Source of the DNA: Acidimicrobiia bacterium
GTDB lineage: Bacteria > Actinomycetota > Acidimicrobiia > Spongiisociales > Spongiisociaceae
NCBI GenBank assembly: GCA_009841075.1
Contig: VXMP01000075.1
Coordinates: forward strand, 5,907-69,906
DNA length: 64,000 bases
Direction of reading: 5' to 3'
The notes below the pieces were generated by a model, which was not told the origin of the DNA, searched no databases, and saw nothing but the letters and a program-made list of their open reading frames with translations. A program made the position numbers and the translations under genes. Each line of letters opens with the position of its first letter. Within the stretch, counting starts at the first letter, position 1. Below are positions 9,595 to 19,653 of this stretch, piece by piece.

Positions 9595-10155
9595 TTGTTC
9601 GGTATCCTGTTAAACGTCTTGAGCAAACCATCCCCCTCACCAAGGCGCGGCCGTCCCACAAATCTTCAGATCTACGAGCGGCTGGCCACCCAGATACAGG
9701 AGCTCAACGAGCATTTGGGAGGTCTCCCTACTCCGATGGAAGCAGCAGATACCTGGAAAACCATATGGCATGGGGAGGTGCATCACTCGACTGCCATCGA
9801 AGGGAATACGCTGATCCAGAGTGAGGTGGAGGATCTGCTGGAACGTGGCATTGCGCGTGGCAATCGAGCACTGGTTGAGTATATGGAGGTCAAGGGATAC
9901 GCCGACGCTGCGGACTGGGTATATCAGCAGGCCTCGTCTTCTCCGCAAAGATCGGAAGCCGAACCGCTCTTGACCCTCGCCGATGTGCGGATGATCCATA
10001 AAACTAAGTCCCAACTTGCCTGTTCAACCGGGTTCATCCCAAAATCTCCAATTTCTTTTTCAGGCAACCCATACCGCGATTACCCTTCACACGATTGCAA
10101 TGGCCACAAAGCAGTTGCAGATTCTCAATATGATCCGTCCCGCCCTTCGCCTTAG
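9595..10155 (+). pseudogene. Truncated Fic paralog (N-terminal region only, including the inhibitory helix; no Fic catalytic motif)
   Basis: About 60% identity with the N-terminal 140 aa of the upstream Fic, including conserved 5' leader nucleotides. Similarity ends at ...LTLADVRMIH (about position 9995), after which the frame runs into unrelated sequence. Confidence 0.6.
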
Positions 10156-10274
10156 TTGGCGGGTTACCAAATCCAGCAGATCCGTGCGGGCCGTCTGTAG
10201 GGCTACCTCATGGCTAGGTGAGCTAGGCGTGGCTCTTATAGGTGTAGCGATGCCCGGGGTGCCGTATCGCGTGG

Positions 10275-10559
10275 CTAAGGCTTTTCCGTAGTGGGGTCGA
10301 TGATCTTGCCGATTTCGGTAACCACTGTGGCCGGAAAGCCGCTTCGTTCGGCATGCTCGTCGATCAATTCGGGGCTTTCGGTGACGTAGACGCAGAAGGT
10401 CTTGTCGCCGGCGACGTAGCTGTGCTCCCATTGGATGGGTTTGCCTTCCGACTGCATCGCCTTCAGAACCGAGTTGGATTGCCCGGCTGCGGCCCTCAGT
10501 TGATCTCGCTCGGCGGTTCCGATATCCGGAATGTCCCGTTCTATTACAAAGCGGCGCAT
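10275..10559 (-). CDS. DUF4242 (SCO4226-like, nickel-binding) small protein
   Basis: About 94 aa. MRRFVIERDIP...HSYVAGDKTFCVYVTESPE fits the DUF4242 pattern. Confidence 0.5.
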   Translation of the reverse strand: MRRFVIERDIPDIGTAERDQLRAAAGQSNSVLKAMQSEGKPIQWEHSYVAGDKTFCVYVTESPELIDEHAERSGFPATVVTEIGKIIDPTTEKP

Positions 10560-10638
10560 AAATCCTCCTTGAGGCTGGTTGGACTTGACTTTACAGTCCG
10601 GCGAAGTTCGCGCCGGATCAAGACCGGTGAGCCAAACC

Positions 10639-12756
10639 TTAAGACGGGTTGGTCAGGCGGAAGATGTTGACTTCACTGAAGCTGACGTCATTGACCTCAA
10701 AGGTAAGATGGTCGTCCGCACCTCCCAAGGCCTCCTCAAACGTACCTATCGTCACCGACTCCCAGGATTCTTGGCTGGAGGTGCGCAGGAAGAAATGATC
10801 GTTCTGGTCGTAACCGAGGGCGATAACATCATCCCCCGAGGTAAGGGCGACTATCAACCGTGAACCTAGGTCGGTGGCGACCACCCTTCCCCCACCCATA
10901 TCGTCGTCCTCGGCTTTCCTCGCCCAATAGAAACGGGCGGTTGTGCTCCTAGGAGAACCGTCCTCGGCCTCGGCCCTAATCCGCTCCACACCCGTGTCTT
11001 CGGTGTCCCGCCGATAGGTTAAGGAGGCCTCGCCCTGACGGTTGGTAGCCCTCCTTAGTCCGTCCGACAGACCATCCGAATCATCAGAGTAGAAGGTGAT
11101 GGTTTCGTCTGCTACCGGATTGCCGTATTGGTCGGTCAAGGTGGCCGTCACCCGGTTCAAAACCCCCGAACCCTCATCCGAGGCGATCAGATAATTACCG
11201 GCCGGATAGGAAACGATCAGCTTGGAGGGCCGAGACGCTTCATCCGACCAGAAAAGGACCTGATCGGGCTGGCCACTGGGAGGGATGATCAATCGGCTGC
11301 TGCTCTCATCCTGGAAGGGATAATCGGCACTGGCGTCCAGGTCAAGGCGGTGGTTTCGGCCGGGCGATGTCGAAGTATCCGAAAACGCCTGATGGGACCA
11401 AACCGCCTCGCCCGATTGGTTGGTGGTGATCGTCTCACGGGTGGTTCGGGTTCGATTGTCGGTCCCCCTGATGCGAATGGTGAGGTTGATTTCGACTCCC
11501 TCGTGGGAGACCAGACCGCCTTCATCGTCAACCAGCTGGAAGGTGAAGTTCACCCGATTTCCGAACGGAACCAGCTCGGCATTGGCCTTGAGGTCGTCGG
11601 TCACCTTGATGGCCGAGATAAGTTTCACCTCATCTAAAGGAATAAAGTAGCGATCCAAGTTGTCAAGGTCGAAACTGCTACCTTCTGCGCCACTCCAAGC
11701 CCAGATAATCCCAGGTTCAGAACGGGGAGCCACGGTCAACCTGGTGTTTCCGCTTTCGCCGATGAAGTCCTCCGGGTCGATTTCGCAAGCGGTGCCAATC
11801 CCTAGGGCCATAACACTCGATGTGCATCTGCCGTCCTGGTCAAAGTCCTCCTCCGGATCATAAGTAACGAACACGTCTACCAGCTCGTCCTCGACCGGGG
11901 CGAACGAACCATCCCGAACCGACACCATCACCTCGATTTCGCCCCCTGGCTGCTGCACCTGGCTCAGATCGGCCTGAATGGATATACCGGCCGGCCGAAC
12001 GTTGGTGTGTGCCAGGGTTCGGGTAATAAAAGCGGCCATCTGGCCTCGGGTTACGGAAGCATCCGGTTCGAAAGTATTGGCGGTGGCCCCCTTGGTGATC
12101 CCCAGCTCGTAGATTCGGCGGGTGGCCTCATAGGCGAACGCCCCTACCTGGTCGAGGTCCCGAAACACATTGTCGTCAGGCTCTATACCGGCTATGTCGA
12201 AGTCGCCGGGAGCCGGAGGTGCGTATTGGAGGAAAGCGTCCAGGTAGGCGGCCATTTCCTGACGGGTAACCCATTGGTCGGGACGGAACTCTCTGATGGT
12301 TACCCCGTCCATGATGCCGAGCTCGACCAGCTGATTGATCGCGTTACCGGTGGTGGTAGACAGGACAGCGACATCGGCGAAGCCCTGGTCTTGCGGGACG
12401 GGCAAGTCGATACCGGCTACCACCGCCGCCCGTGACAGAAACAGCGCCATCTGCCGTCTCTTGATGGTGTCATTGGGAGAGAACGTGGTGACAGTAGTTC
12501 CCTTGGCGATCCCGTAATAGGCGAGGCAGTTCACCTCTTCCTCGAAAGTATGGTTGACCATGTCGCCGAATCCGGCCGAGCTGGTGGCCGGACCGACACA
12601 GGCGGAGTACCTGGCCGGATGGTCGGCCACCCCATCTACGGCAGCGACCGGCGAAAGGGCGGGAGGATATAGAGCCAACATGGAACCCACCAGAACCATA
12701 AGTATCAAGGCGGTCAGTCGGGCTCGGTGTCTGTTTGCCAGTGCCTTCAACCTCAT
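10639..12756 (-). CDS. Cell-surface protein with a signal peptide and three N-terminal S-layer homology (SLH) domains
   Basis: Three repeats carry SLH signatures (TRQEMAAYL, TRGQMAAFI, RRQMALFL). The C-terminal region is large and has no recognised motif. Confidence 0.8.
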   Translation of the reverse strand: MRLKALANRHRARLTALILMVLVGSMLALYPPALSPVAAVDGVADHPARYSACVGPATSSAGFGDMVNHTFEEEVNCLAYYGIAKGTTVTTFSPNDTIKRRQMALFLSRAAVVAGIDLPVPQDQGFADVAVLSTTTGNAINQLVELGIMDGVTIREFRPDQWVTRQEMAAYLDAFLQYAPPAPGDFDIAGIEPDDNVFRDLDQVGAFAYEATRRIYELGITKGATANTFEPDASVTRGQMAAFITRTLAHTNVRPAGISIQADLSQVQQPGGEIEVMVSVRDGSFAPVEDELVDVFVTYDPEEDFDQDGRCTSSVMALGIGTACEIDPEDFIGESGNTRLTVAPRSEPGIIWAWSGAEGSSFDLDNLDRYFIPLDEVKLISAIKVTDDLKANAELVPFGNRVNFTFQLVDDEGGLVSHEGVEINLTIRIRGTDNRTRTTRETITTNQSGEAVWSHQAFSDTSTSPGRNHRLDLDASADYPFQDESSSRLIIPPSGQPDQVLFWSDEASRPSKLIVSYPAGNYLIASDEGSGVLNRVTATLTDQYGNPVADETITFYSDDSDGLSDGLRRATNRQGEASLTYRRDTEDTGVERIRAEAEDGSPRSTTARFYWARKAEDDDMGGGRVVATDLGSRLIVALTSGDDVIALGYDQNDHFFLRTSSQESWESVTIGTFEEALGGADDHLTFEVNDVSFSEVNIFRLTNPS

Positions 12757-12953
12757 TCCCTCCCGTTTTCGTTTTACCTCTTAGGACGGCTTAAAGGAAT
12801 TGCCATTTTGCGTGTCTCCTGGGATGGTAGCCCGACCAGGTGGTTTTTTAACGTAACCACCGGTTGAGGGGTAATAAACGGGCGGACGAACCAATTGCCC
12901 GACCTCCCTTTACCCTCACTACAGAGACGAGATCCGATCGGAAACGCCGAAGC

Positions 12954-13397
12954 TCAACGGTGCTTGTCTAGTTGGGCGATTTTGTCCAGCCTGCGACGGT
13001 GGCGCTCCTCCCCCGAAAATCGGGCCGACAGGAAGGCTTGGGCCAGCTCCAGGGCGAAATCCGATTCGACCACACGACCCCCTAGACAAAGAACGTTGGC
13101 GTCATCGTGTTCGACCGACTGACGAGCCGAGTAAAGATCATGGGCCAGCGCCGCCCTCACCCCCCGCACCTTGTTGGCGGCGATGGCTGCCCCGATGCCG
13201 GACCCGCAGACCACTATCCCCCGATCGGTCTCGCCTTGTTGAACCGCTTCCGCCACGGCGATGGCCTGATCCGGATAATCGACCGGATCGGTGGAATGGG
13301 TGCCCAGATCGACCACCTCGTGATCGGCTCCGAGGATGGAAGCGAGGAAGGCTTTCAGCGGAAAACCCGCATGATCGGCACCTATAGCGATTTTCAA
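12954..13397 (-). CDS. rpiB: Ribose-5-phosphate isomerase B
   Basis: MKIAIGADHAGF...VVCGSGIGAAIAANK is the RpiB/LacAB signature. Confidence 0.9.
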   Translation of the reverse strand: MKIAIGADHAGFPLKAFLASILGADHEVVDLGTHSTDPVDYPDQAIAVAEAVQQGETDRGIVVCGSGIGAAIAANKVRGVRAALAHDLYSARQSVEHDDANVLCLGGRVVESDFALELAQAFLSARFSGEERHRRRLDKIAQLDKHR

Positions 13398-13474
13398 ATA
13401 CTTCTCCTTGGAGGGTCAACCCGAGAATACCTTCAATAACTTCTGGGGTGTGGGGCGGGGATAGAATCCGGCTC

Positions 13475-14263
13475 ATGGCAGGTCTATCGTTTGAGCCGCG
13501 CAGCTTCCCGAGGATATTGATAACCGCCCCGCTCATGTACCGGCATCGGCTGGGAGTCCTATTGCCGACCGCCGTGGTGCTGGACCTACCCTACGCGGTG
13601 CTCTACTTCGCCCTCGCCCCCGATCCTCCCGCCATTTCTCCCCTTCCTACCAATGCCGAAATCGGAGATTTTCTGCGGGTAATGGGTCCCTGGTTGGTTA
13701 TCCGCCTGCTGATAACCAGCATATTGTTCGCGGCGGTTATTCGGATGGTGGGGGAGGTCTTCCTGGGGGTCAAATCCTCCTGGAGCGAAAACACGGCGGC
13801 CTCTATCAGCCGGATGGCGTCTCTAACCGTTCTGACGGTGGTGTTCTGGGTGGGAGTAACTATGGGATCAGCCCTGTTTGTGCTGCCCGGATTGTTCCTG
13901 GTGGTGTCCTGGAGCGCCTCCTTGGGAGTGCTGATTATCGAAGGGGCGGGTCCGATGGCCGCCTTCAGACGTTCCTGGGAACTCACCTCCGGTCGCCGTC
14001 TGATCGTCTTTGTAACCCTGGTCCCGCTCACCTTCATGGTGGTGGTTACCAACATCCTGATTCTGTTGGTGCTGGGCCCCTTGGGTAACTACCTGGCCGG
14101 CGACCTCGGCGTTTTCCTGGCCTCGGAGCTGGCCTGGGTGGTGACCCAGCCTCTAATCGGCGTGCTGCTGGGGTTGCTTTATATTGATCTGCGGGTACGC
14201 CGGGATCAGCTGAACGCCAACATGCTGACCCGGGAGATGGTGGCCACCTCATTCGACCGCTAG
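13475..14263 (+). CDS. Hypothetical polytopic membrane protein
   Basis: About six hydrophobic segments. The ORF is 13448..14263 and the start is chosen at the MAG ATG. Confidence 0.5.
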   Translation: MAGLSFEPRSFPRILITAPLMYRHRLGVLLPTAVVLDLPYAVLYFALAPDPPAISPLPTNAEIGDFLRVMGPWLVIRLLITSILFAAVIRMVGEVFLGVKSSWSENTAASISRMASLTVLTVVFWVGVTMGSALFVLPGLFLVVSWSASLGVLIIEGAGPMAAFRRSWELTSGRRLIVFVTLVPLTFMVVVTNILILLVLGPLGNYLAGDLGVFLASELAWVVTQPLIGVLLGLLYIDLRVRRDQLNANMLTREMVATSFDR

Positions 14264-14351
14264 CCGGGTAACCTCTTTGTAGAGCTAACCGGTATCCTCT
14301 GGTAGCTCTGACTCCTGAGAAGAAACATCTTGCAGAACGGTTCCTTGTCTT

Positions 14352-14645
14352 ATGCGTATCAGCCCCACCGAGACAGCTGTAACAGTTAAATCCACCGCCC
14401 GTGATGGGGAGTCGGTCGAGATCGACCAGAGCCTGCTGGCCTCCACCCTGGAGTACATTCGTCCCGCCCTCCAATACGACGGAGGCGACCTGATCCTGGA
14501 GGGGGTGGATGAGGACGGAACCGTAAACCTGAACCTGGTGGGTGCCTGCAGCGGATGTCCGATGTCGATGATGACGTTGACGGCGGGGATCGAACGTATC
14601 CTGATCGACCGGGTGCCGGGGGTTACAGCCGTCAAAGCCCTTTGA
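14352..14645 (+). CDS. NifU-like (Nfu) Fe-S cluster scaffold domain protein
   Basis: CxxC motif GACSGCPMS in a NifU C-terminal-type fold sequence. Confidence 0.8.
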   Translation: MRISPTETAVTVKSTARDGESVEIDQSLLASTLEYIRPALQYDGGDLILEGVDEDGTVNLNLVGACSGCPMSMMTLTAGIERILIDRVPGVTAVKAL

Positions 14646-14689
14646 GCCGGTAGGTTTTCGGGGGTGGCGGCCGGTTCAAGAGGTTCAAT

Positions 14690-15478
14690 GTGGTCGAAAC
14701 AGTAGGCAATCGCGCCGAACCGACTGAAAAAGACGTGGAAGATTGGGTGAATCGGGTTCGCCTGGGTGACCGACGCGCCCTGGCCCGGGCCCTGACCCTG
14801 GTGGAAAACGGCCACCCCGACGGCGGTGGCCTGGTGAAGGCGTTCGGGCGGGGCGTCGAACCCGCTTATCGGGTGGGTTTTACCGGTGCACCCGGAGTGG
14901 GTAAGAGCACCCTCATCGCCGGTTTGGTCACCCTCTTGAGAACGGAGGATTTGACGGTGGGGGTATTGGCGGTCGACCCGTCCAGCCCGATCACCGCCGG
15001 GGCCTTGTTGGGCGACCGGATTCGTTTGCAAAACCACGTTGACGATTCCGGGGTGTATGTGCGATCGGCGGCCGGGCGAGGCCACCTGGGCGGGCTCTCT
15101 TCGGCGGCACCACAGATGGCGGAGGTTTTAGCCGGGGCCGGATTCGACCTTTTGCTGATCGAAACGGTGGGAGTAGGGCAATCCGAGGTGGAGATACGGG
15201 ATCAGGTGGATTCGACCGTGGTGATGCTCACGCCAGGTTGGGGAGACTCGATCCAGGTGGGCAAGGCCGGAATATTGGAAATCGGAGACATCTACGTGGT
15301 GAACAAGGCGGATCAGGCCGGCAGTGCCCAAACCCGTCTTGATCTGGAGAGGATGATCCACATGGGCCCGAATCGGTCTTGGCAACCTCCGGTTTTGGAA
15401 ACCATAGCCTTGGAAAAAGAGGGTATAGAAGAGCTGTGGCAGGCCATCGGGGCGCACAGAAGGTTCCTCAAAGGCTAG
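14690..15478 (+). CDS. meaB: Methylmalonyl-CoA mutase-associated GTPase MeaB/ArgK family
   Basis: GxPGVGKST P-loop, ETVGVGQSE and NKAD motifs. Confidence 0.88.
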   Translation: MVETVGNRAEPTEKDVEDWVNRVRLGDRRALARALTLVENGHPDGGGLVKAFGRGVEPAYRVGFTGAPGVGKSTLIAGLVTLLRTEDLTVGVLAVDPSSPITAGALLGDRIRLQNHVDDSGVYVRSAAGRGHLGGLSSAAPQMAEVLAGAGFDLLLIETVGVGQSEVEIRDQVDSTVVMLTPGWGDSIQVGKAGILEIGDIYVVNKADQAGSAQTRLDLERMIHMGPNRSWQPPVLETIALEKEGIEELWQAIGAHRRFLKG

Positions 15479-15593
15479 GCGGTAGCGAATGTCCCAGAGG
15501 ATGAAGGATATGCGCCTCTCGGCTTCAAGTCGGGAGTCGGATTGCCAGCAGGCCAAGGGTATTCTCTGGTAACCCGGATTTGAGGAGAAACCT

Positions 15594-16370
15594 TTGCAAT
15601 ACGTCTCTTACACCACCGAGGGGGCGGTGGGAATAATCGAATTGAATCGTCCCCCGGTAAACGCCCTCTCCGCCGAGGTAGCGGCCAACCTTTACGAAGC
15701 CCTGGAACAAGCCTCGGAGCCGGATATAAGGGCTGTGGTGATGACCGGACGCCCGCACTTCGCAGCCGGGGCCGACATTTCCGCCTTTCAAGCCGCCCAT
15801 CGCTCCGATGATGAAGGAGTTCGGTCGGAGGAAGCGAGCCGCCTGACCGCCGTCATCCGCCAAATGGAGTTGATGGCTCAGCCGATCATTGCGGCCGTGT
15901 TCGGATACGCATTGGGAGGAGGTTTGGAGTTGGCGATGGGTGCCGACTTTCGATACCTGGCCGAAGATGCCCGAGTGGGCCAACCCGAAAGCCGTCTGGG
16001 CATCATCCCTGGAGCAGGGGGAACCCAGCGCCTTACCCGATTGGTGGGGTTCAATCGGGGACGGGAGATCATCTACTCCGGACGTCATCTGGAGGCCCAG
16101 GAAGCCCTGGCGATCGGTCTGGCGGATAAGGTTTTTCCAGCCAAGGATCTGCTGGATGCCGCACTGGCCGATGCCGCCGCCTATGCAAAAGGGCCTTCGG
16201 TGGCGCTGGGAATGGCCAAGCGGGCCATCAACGAAGGCTGGGGTAGGCCGATAGAAGAGGGCATAGCAATCGAAGCGGACGCCTTTGACATCTCTTTCCG
16301 CAGCGACGACGCCAAAGAAGGGGTGGCCGCCTTCCTGGAGAAACGCAAACCGGATTTCAAGGGCAGCTAA
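15594..16370 (+). CDS. Enoyl-CoA hydratase/isomerase (crotonase) family
   Basis: TTG start. Contains GRPHFAAGADI, ALGGGLELAM and the crotonase oxyanion-hole motifs. Confidence 0.88.
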   Translation: MQYVSYTTEGAVGIIELNRPPVNALSAEVAANLYEALEQASEPDIRAVVMTGRPHFAAGADISAFQAAHRSDDEGVRSEEASRLTAVIRQMELMAQPIIAAVFGYALGGGLELAMGADFRYLAEDARVGQPESRLGIIPGAGGTQRLTRLVGFNRGREIIYSGRHLEAQEALAIGLADKVFPAKDLLDAALADAAAYAKGPSVALGMAKRAINEGWGRPIEEGIAIEADAFDISFRSDDAKEGVAAFLEKRKPDFKGS

Positions 16371-16372
16371 GT

Positions 16373-16725
16373 TGACGCTCCTGCTTAGGTTGGTAGGGGC
16401 CGGGGTGGTGCTCCTGGCGGTAGTGGCGTGCGGAGGAGAAGAAAATCCCCACGGCTATGACGGCGTAATCGACTGCGATGAACCGGTCTGGACCTGGGAA
16501 ACCGAATACGACCGAACCTACGAGGCAGAGCTAACCCCCTACGAAGCCATGGTCGATTTCGCCAGGGCATACGAGGATCAGAACCCTTTCGTTCACGTTG
16601 AGAGCTCTCGGACCGCCACGGTAGTGATCGAAGGGAAGGAGGTGGTCTTCGTAAGGGTCTTGGAATTACCTACAGAAACATTCGCAGCAGTAGAAGCCCA
16701 CGGCTGCACCGGCTTTGAAACCTAA
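16373..16725 (+). CDS. Small putative lipoprotein
   Basis: TTG start immediately after the echA stop. Signal peptide LLLRLVGAGVVLLAVVACGG with a lipobox. Confidence 0.4.
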
Positions 16726-16835
16726 ACCCTCCGGTAACGAATAGAGATTATGGATGGGTGCATCGACAACCCGGCCTGGCCGGGCGGTATAAGGTAGGTG
16801 GTGCGGATAATCAGGTTTAGAGGGCCGGAGGGCTT

Positions 16836-17567
16836 ATGGCAGCGGTGATCATCACCGGAGCAGGGTCAGGAATCGGAAGGGCAACCGCTCGCGTGTTCGC
16901 TAGGAAGGGCTGGTCCGTGCTGTGTGCTGATCTGGTGGCGGACGCTGCCCAGAAAACAGCCGCTTCTATAGGCGATCAGGCCCGTTCCTTTGTTCTCGAC
17001 GTCCTAGATGAGGACGGTTGCGATCGGGCTGTTGCGGCGGCGGTCGAACTCGGGGAGCTATCGGCCGTGGTTACCTGTGCGGGCGCGAACGGACGCGCCC
17101 GGGCCGATGAAATGTCCCGCGATATGTTCGAACACATCATGGGCGTAAACGTCACCGGTAGCTTTCTGATCGCCAGGGCAGCCGGGCGGGTCATGATCGA
17201 ACAGGGAACCAGAGGAGCGGTGACACTCATCAGTTCGATCAACGGGGTCCACGCCCTCGCCGGACAGGCCGCCTACGCCACCTCCAAGGGGGCGGTACTC
17301 ATGCTCGCCAAGGTGCTGGCGGTCGACTGGGGGCCCTTCGGGATTCGGGTTAACTCCATAGGCCCGGGCCTTACCGACACCCCGATGGCGGCAGGCATGC
17401 TCGCCGATGAGAAGAAGATGCGCTGGGCCATGGACAGAATACCCTTGAAACGGGTAGCGGATCCGGAGGACATCGGAGAGGTGATCCACTTCCTCTCCTC
17501 GGACTCCGCCCGCCACGTCACCGGGGTCTTCGTGCCGGTGGACGGCGGTTGGTTGACCGGTGCTTGA
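16836..17567 (+). CDS. SDR family oxidoreductase
   Basis: TGAGSGIGRA Rossmann motif and YATSKGAV catalytic Y-x3-K. Confidence 0.88.
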   Translation: MAAVIITGAGSGIGRATARVFARKGWSVLCADLVADAAQKTAASIGDQARSFVLDVLDEDGCDRAVAAAVELGELSAVVTCAGANGRARADEMSRDMFEHIMGVNVTGSFLIARAAGRVMIEQGTRGAVTLISSINGVHALAGQAAYATSKGAVLMLAKVLAVDWGPFGIRVNSIGPGLTDTPMAAGMLADEKKMRWAMDRIPLKRVADPEDIGEVIHFLSSDSARHVTGVFVPVDGGWLTGA

Positions 17568-19653
17568 CGCCGGACTGGTTGAGCAGGTTCGTCCGGCGGA
17601 GGGGGCCGATCCTCTGCTGGAGGTGAGCAACCTCAAGACCGTGTTCAAGACCGACGAGGGGACGGTCGTGGCGGTGGATGATGTCTCCTTCGAGGTAGGC
17701 ACCGGTGAGGTGTTCTCCATAGTCGGTGAATCCGGGTCGGGTAAGTCGGTCACCGCTTTATCCCTTATGGGGCTGATCGGGGGAGGTCGCGGCGAAATAG
17801 CCGAGGGCCGTATCCTGTTCCAGGGCCGTGATCTGATCGCGGAGGGCGAGCGCCGCTGGCGTCACCTACGAGGCCGGGAGATGTCGATGATCTTCCAAGA
17901 CCCCATGACCTCGTTGAATCCGGTTTATACGGTGGGAGATCAGGTGGCCGAGGTAGTTCGGATCCACCAGGACTGCACCCGCGCCGCGGCCATGGAATCG
18001 GCCATCGAGATGCTGGCTCGGGTGGGGATTCCCAATCCCCGCCGCCGGGCGCACGAATATCCACACCAGTTCTCCGGAGGAATGAGGCAGCGGGCCATGA
18101 TCGCCATGGCCATGATCGGGCAACCCCGACTTCTGATCGCCGACGAACCCACTACCGCCCTCGACGTCACGATCCAGGCCCAGATTCTCGAATTGCTGGC
18201 GGATATCCGCAAGGACTACGGAACCTCGATCATCCTCATAACCCATGACCTGGGGGTGGTGGCCGGGTTCAGCGACCGGGTAATGGTTATGTACGGGGGG
18301 CGGGTTCACGAGGTGGGTCCAACCCGAGATATCTACTACCACAGCAGGGGGCCATACACCTGGGGATTGCTGGATACCATCCCTCGATTGGATCGTGATC
18401 CGGGTCTTGATCTGAAGCCCATCGAAGGTAGCGCCCCCTCTCTTATCACGCCGCCACCCGGCTGCCGCTTCGAGCCCCGCTGCCCCTACGCCCAGGAAAT
18501 CTGCCGCACTACCCGTCCCCCGCTCATCGGCAACCGGCCCGACCGCCACCTGACCTCCTGCCACTTCGCCGGAGAGGAGGATTGGCCGGATCGCCGTGAA
18601 ACCTCAACGAGTTCCGAGACGACGGTTCGGATCGGTAGGAAGCCGGGTTCCGAGGTTCTGCTGGAGATTGACGATCTGGTCAAGCACATTCCCATTACGG
18701 GCGGGATGGTTTTCAACCGTCGGGTCGGCTATGTGAAGGCGGTGGACGGGGTTTCGTTGACCATCAACAAGGGCGAAACCTTCGGTTTGGTGGGCGAATC
18801 GGGCTGTGGCAAGACAACCATGGGCCGCCTGATTATGCGGCTGCTTGCGCCCACCGGCGGTCGAATCCGGTATGCAGGCCATGACGTCCTGCGGCTCAAA
18901 GGCGGTGACCTGCGTTCCTACCGCCGAAAAGTGCAGATGGTCTATCAAGATCCGTATGCCTCGCTGAACCCGCGGATGCGCCTCCGTGACATCATTGCCG
19001 AACCGCTGCGGATTCACAACGAGGATACCCGGGCCGGGATCAGGAGACGCGTCCAGTATCTTCTGGAAGTGGTAGGCCTCGACCTCTCCTACGGGTCGAG
19101 GTACCCGCACGAACTATCGGGCGGCCAACGTCAACGAATCGGAATCGCCCGTGCACTGGCCCTCCGCCCCGAGTTGCTGATCCTCGACGAGCCGGTATCC
19201 GCGCTGGACGTTTCTATCCAGGCCCAGATTCTCAACCTGCTGTCCAACCTCCAGAAGGAGTTCGACCTCACCTACCTGATCATCGCCCACGACCTGGCCG
19301 TGGTTCGCCACCTTTCCCAGCGCATCGGGGTGATGTATCTCGGTCGGATAGTGGAGATGGGCGATCGGGAAGAGGTGTACACCCGCCCCACCCATCCCTA
19401 CTCCCAGGCCCTTTTGTCGGCGATCCCGATACCTGATCCCGATCGGGAGAAGGGTCGGATTTTGAGGCGCTTGGCCGGAGATCCGCCCTCACCGTCCGAG
19501 CCGCCCCCGGGTTGTACGTTCCATCCGAGGTGCTGGAAGGCCGAAGCCCGCTGCACCGCCGAGATCCCGGGTTTGGAGGAACGCACTGTCAACGGCTCCT
19601 TGTCCGCCTGCCACTTCGCCGACCTACTCGATTCGGAGGCGACTCACAAATGA
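17560..19653 (+). CDS. Peptide/nickel ABC transporter ATP-binding protein, fused tandem ATPase (DppD/DppF-like)
   Basis: GTG start. Two Walker A motifs ([16 protein letters not shown]), two LSGGQ/LSGGMRQR signatures and the oligopeptide C-terminal Cys motifs. Confidence 0.9.
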   Translation: MLDAGLVEQVRPAEGADPLLEVSNLKTVFKTDEGTVVAVDDVSFEVGTGEVFSIVGESGSGKSVTALSLMGLIGGGRGEIAEGRILFQGRDLIAEGERRWRHLRGREMSMIFQDPMTSLNPVYTVGDQVAEVVRIHQDCTRAAAMESAIEMLARVGIPNPRRRAHEYPHQFSGGMRQRAMIAMAMIGQPRLLIADEPTTALDVTIQAQILELLADIRKDYGTSIILITHDLGVVAGFSDRVMVMYGGRVHEVGPTRDIYYHSRGPYTWGLLDTIPRLDRDPGLDLKPIEGSAPSLITPPPGCRFEPRCPYAQEICRTTRPPLIGNRPDRHLTSCHFAGEEDWPDRRETSTSSETTVRIGRKPGSEVLLEIDDLVKHIPITGGMVFNRRVGYVKAVDGVSLTINKGETFGLVGESGCGKTTMGRLIMRLLAPTGGRIRYAGHDVLRLKGGDLRSYRRKVQMVYQDPYASLNPRMRLRDIIAEPLRIHNEDTRAGIRRRVQYLLEVVGLDLSYGSRYPHELSGGQRQRIGIARALALRPELLILDEPVSALDVSIQAQILNLLSNLQKEFDLTYLIIAHDLAVVRHLSQRIGVMYLGRIVEMGDREEVYTRPTHPYSQALLSAIPIPDPDREKGRILRRLAGDPPSPSEPPPGCTFHPRCWKAEARCTAEIPGLEERTVNGSLSACHFADLLDSEATHK

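Noticed and set aside
10230-10290. Group II intron domain V-like sequence (GCCGTATCGCG) in the insert after the truncated Fic
   Set aside because: Only a 7-nt word matches. The flanks cannot form the 14-bp domain V hairpin and there is no IEP ORF nearby.
12757-12953. Hairpin GGTGGTT-TTTTAACGT-AACCACC as a rho-independent terminator of rpiB
   Set aside because: The T-run lies in the loop rather than 3' of the stem on the rpiB (minus) strand, so it does not fit the intrinsic terminator architecture. It is more likely part of the SLH gene promoter region.
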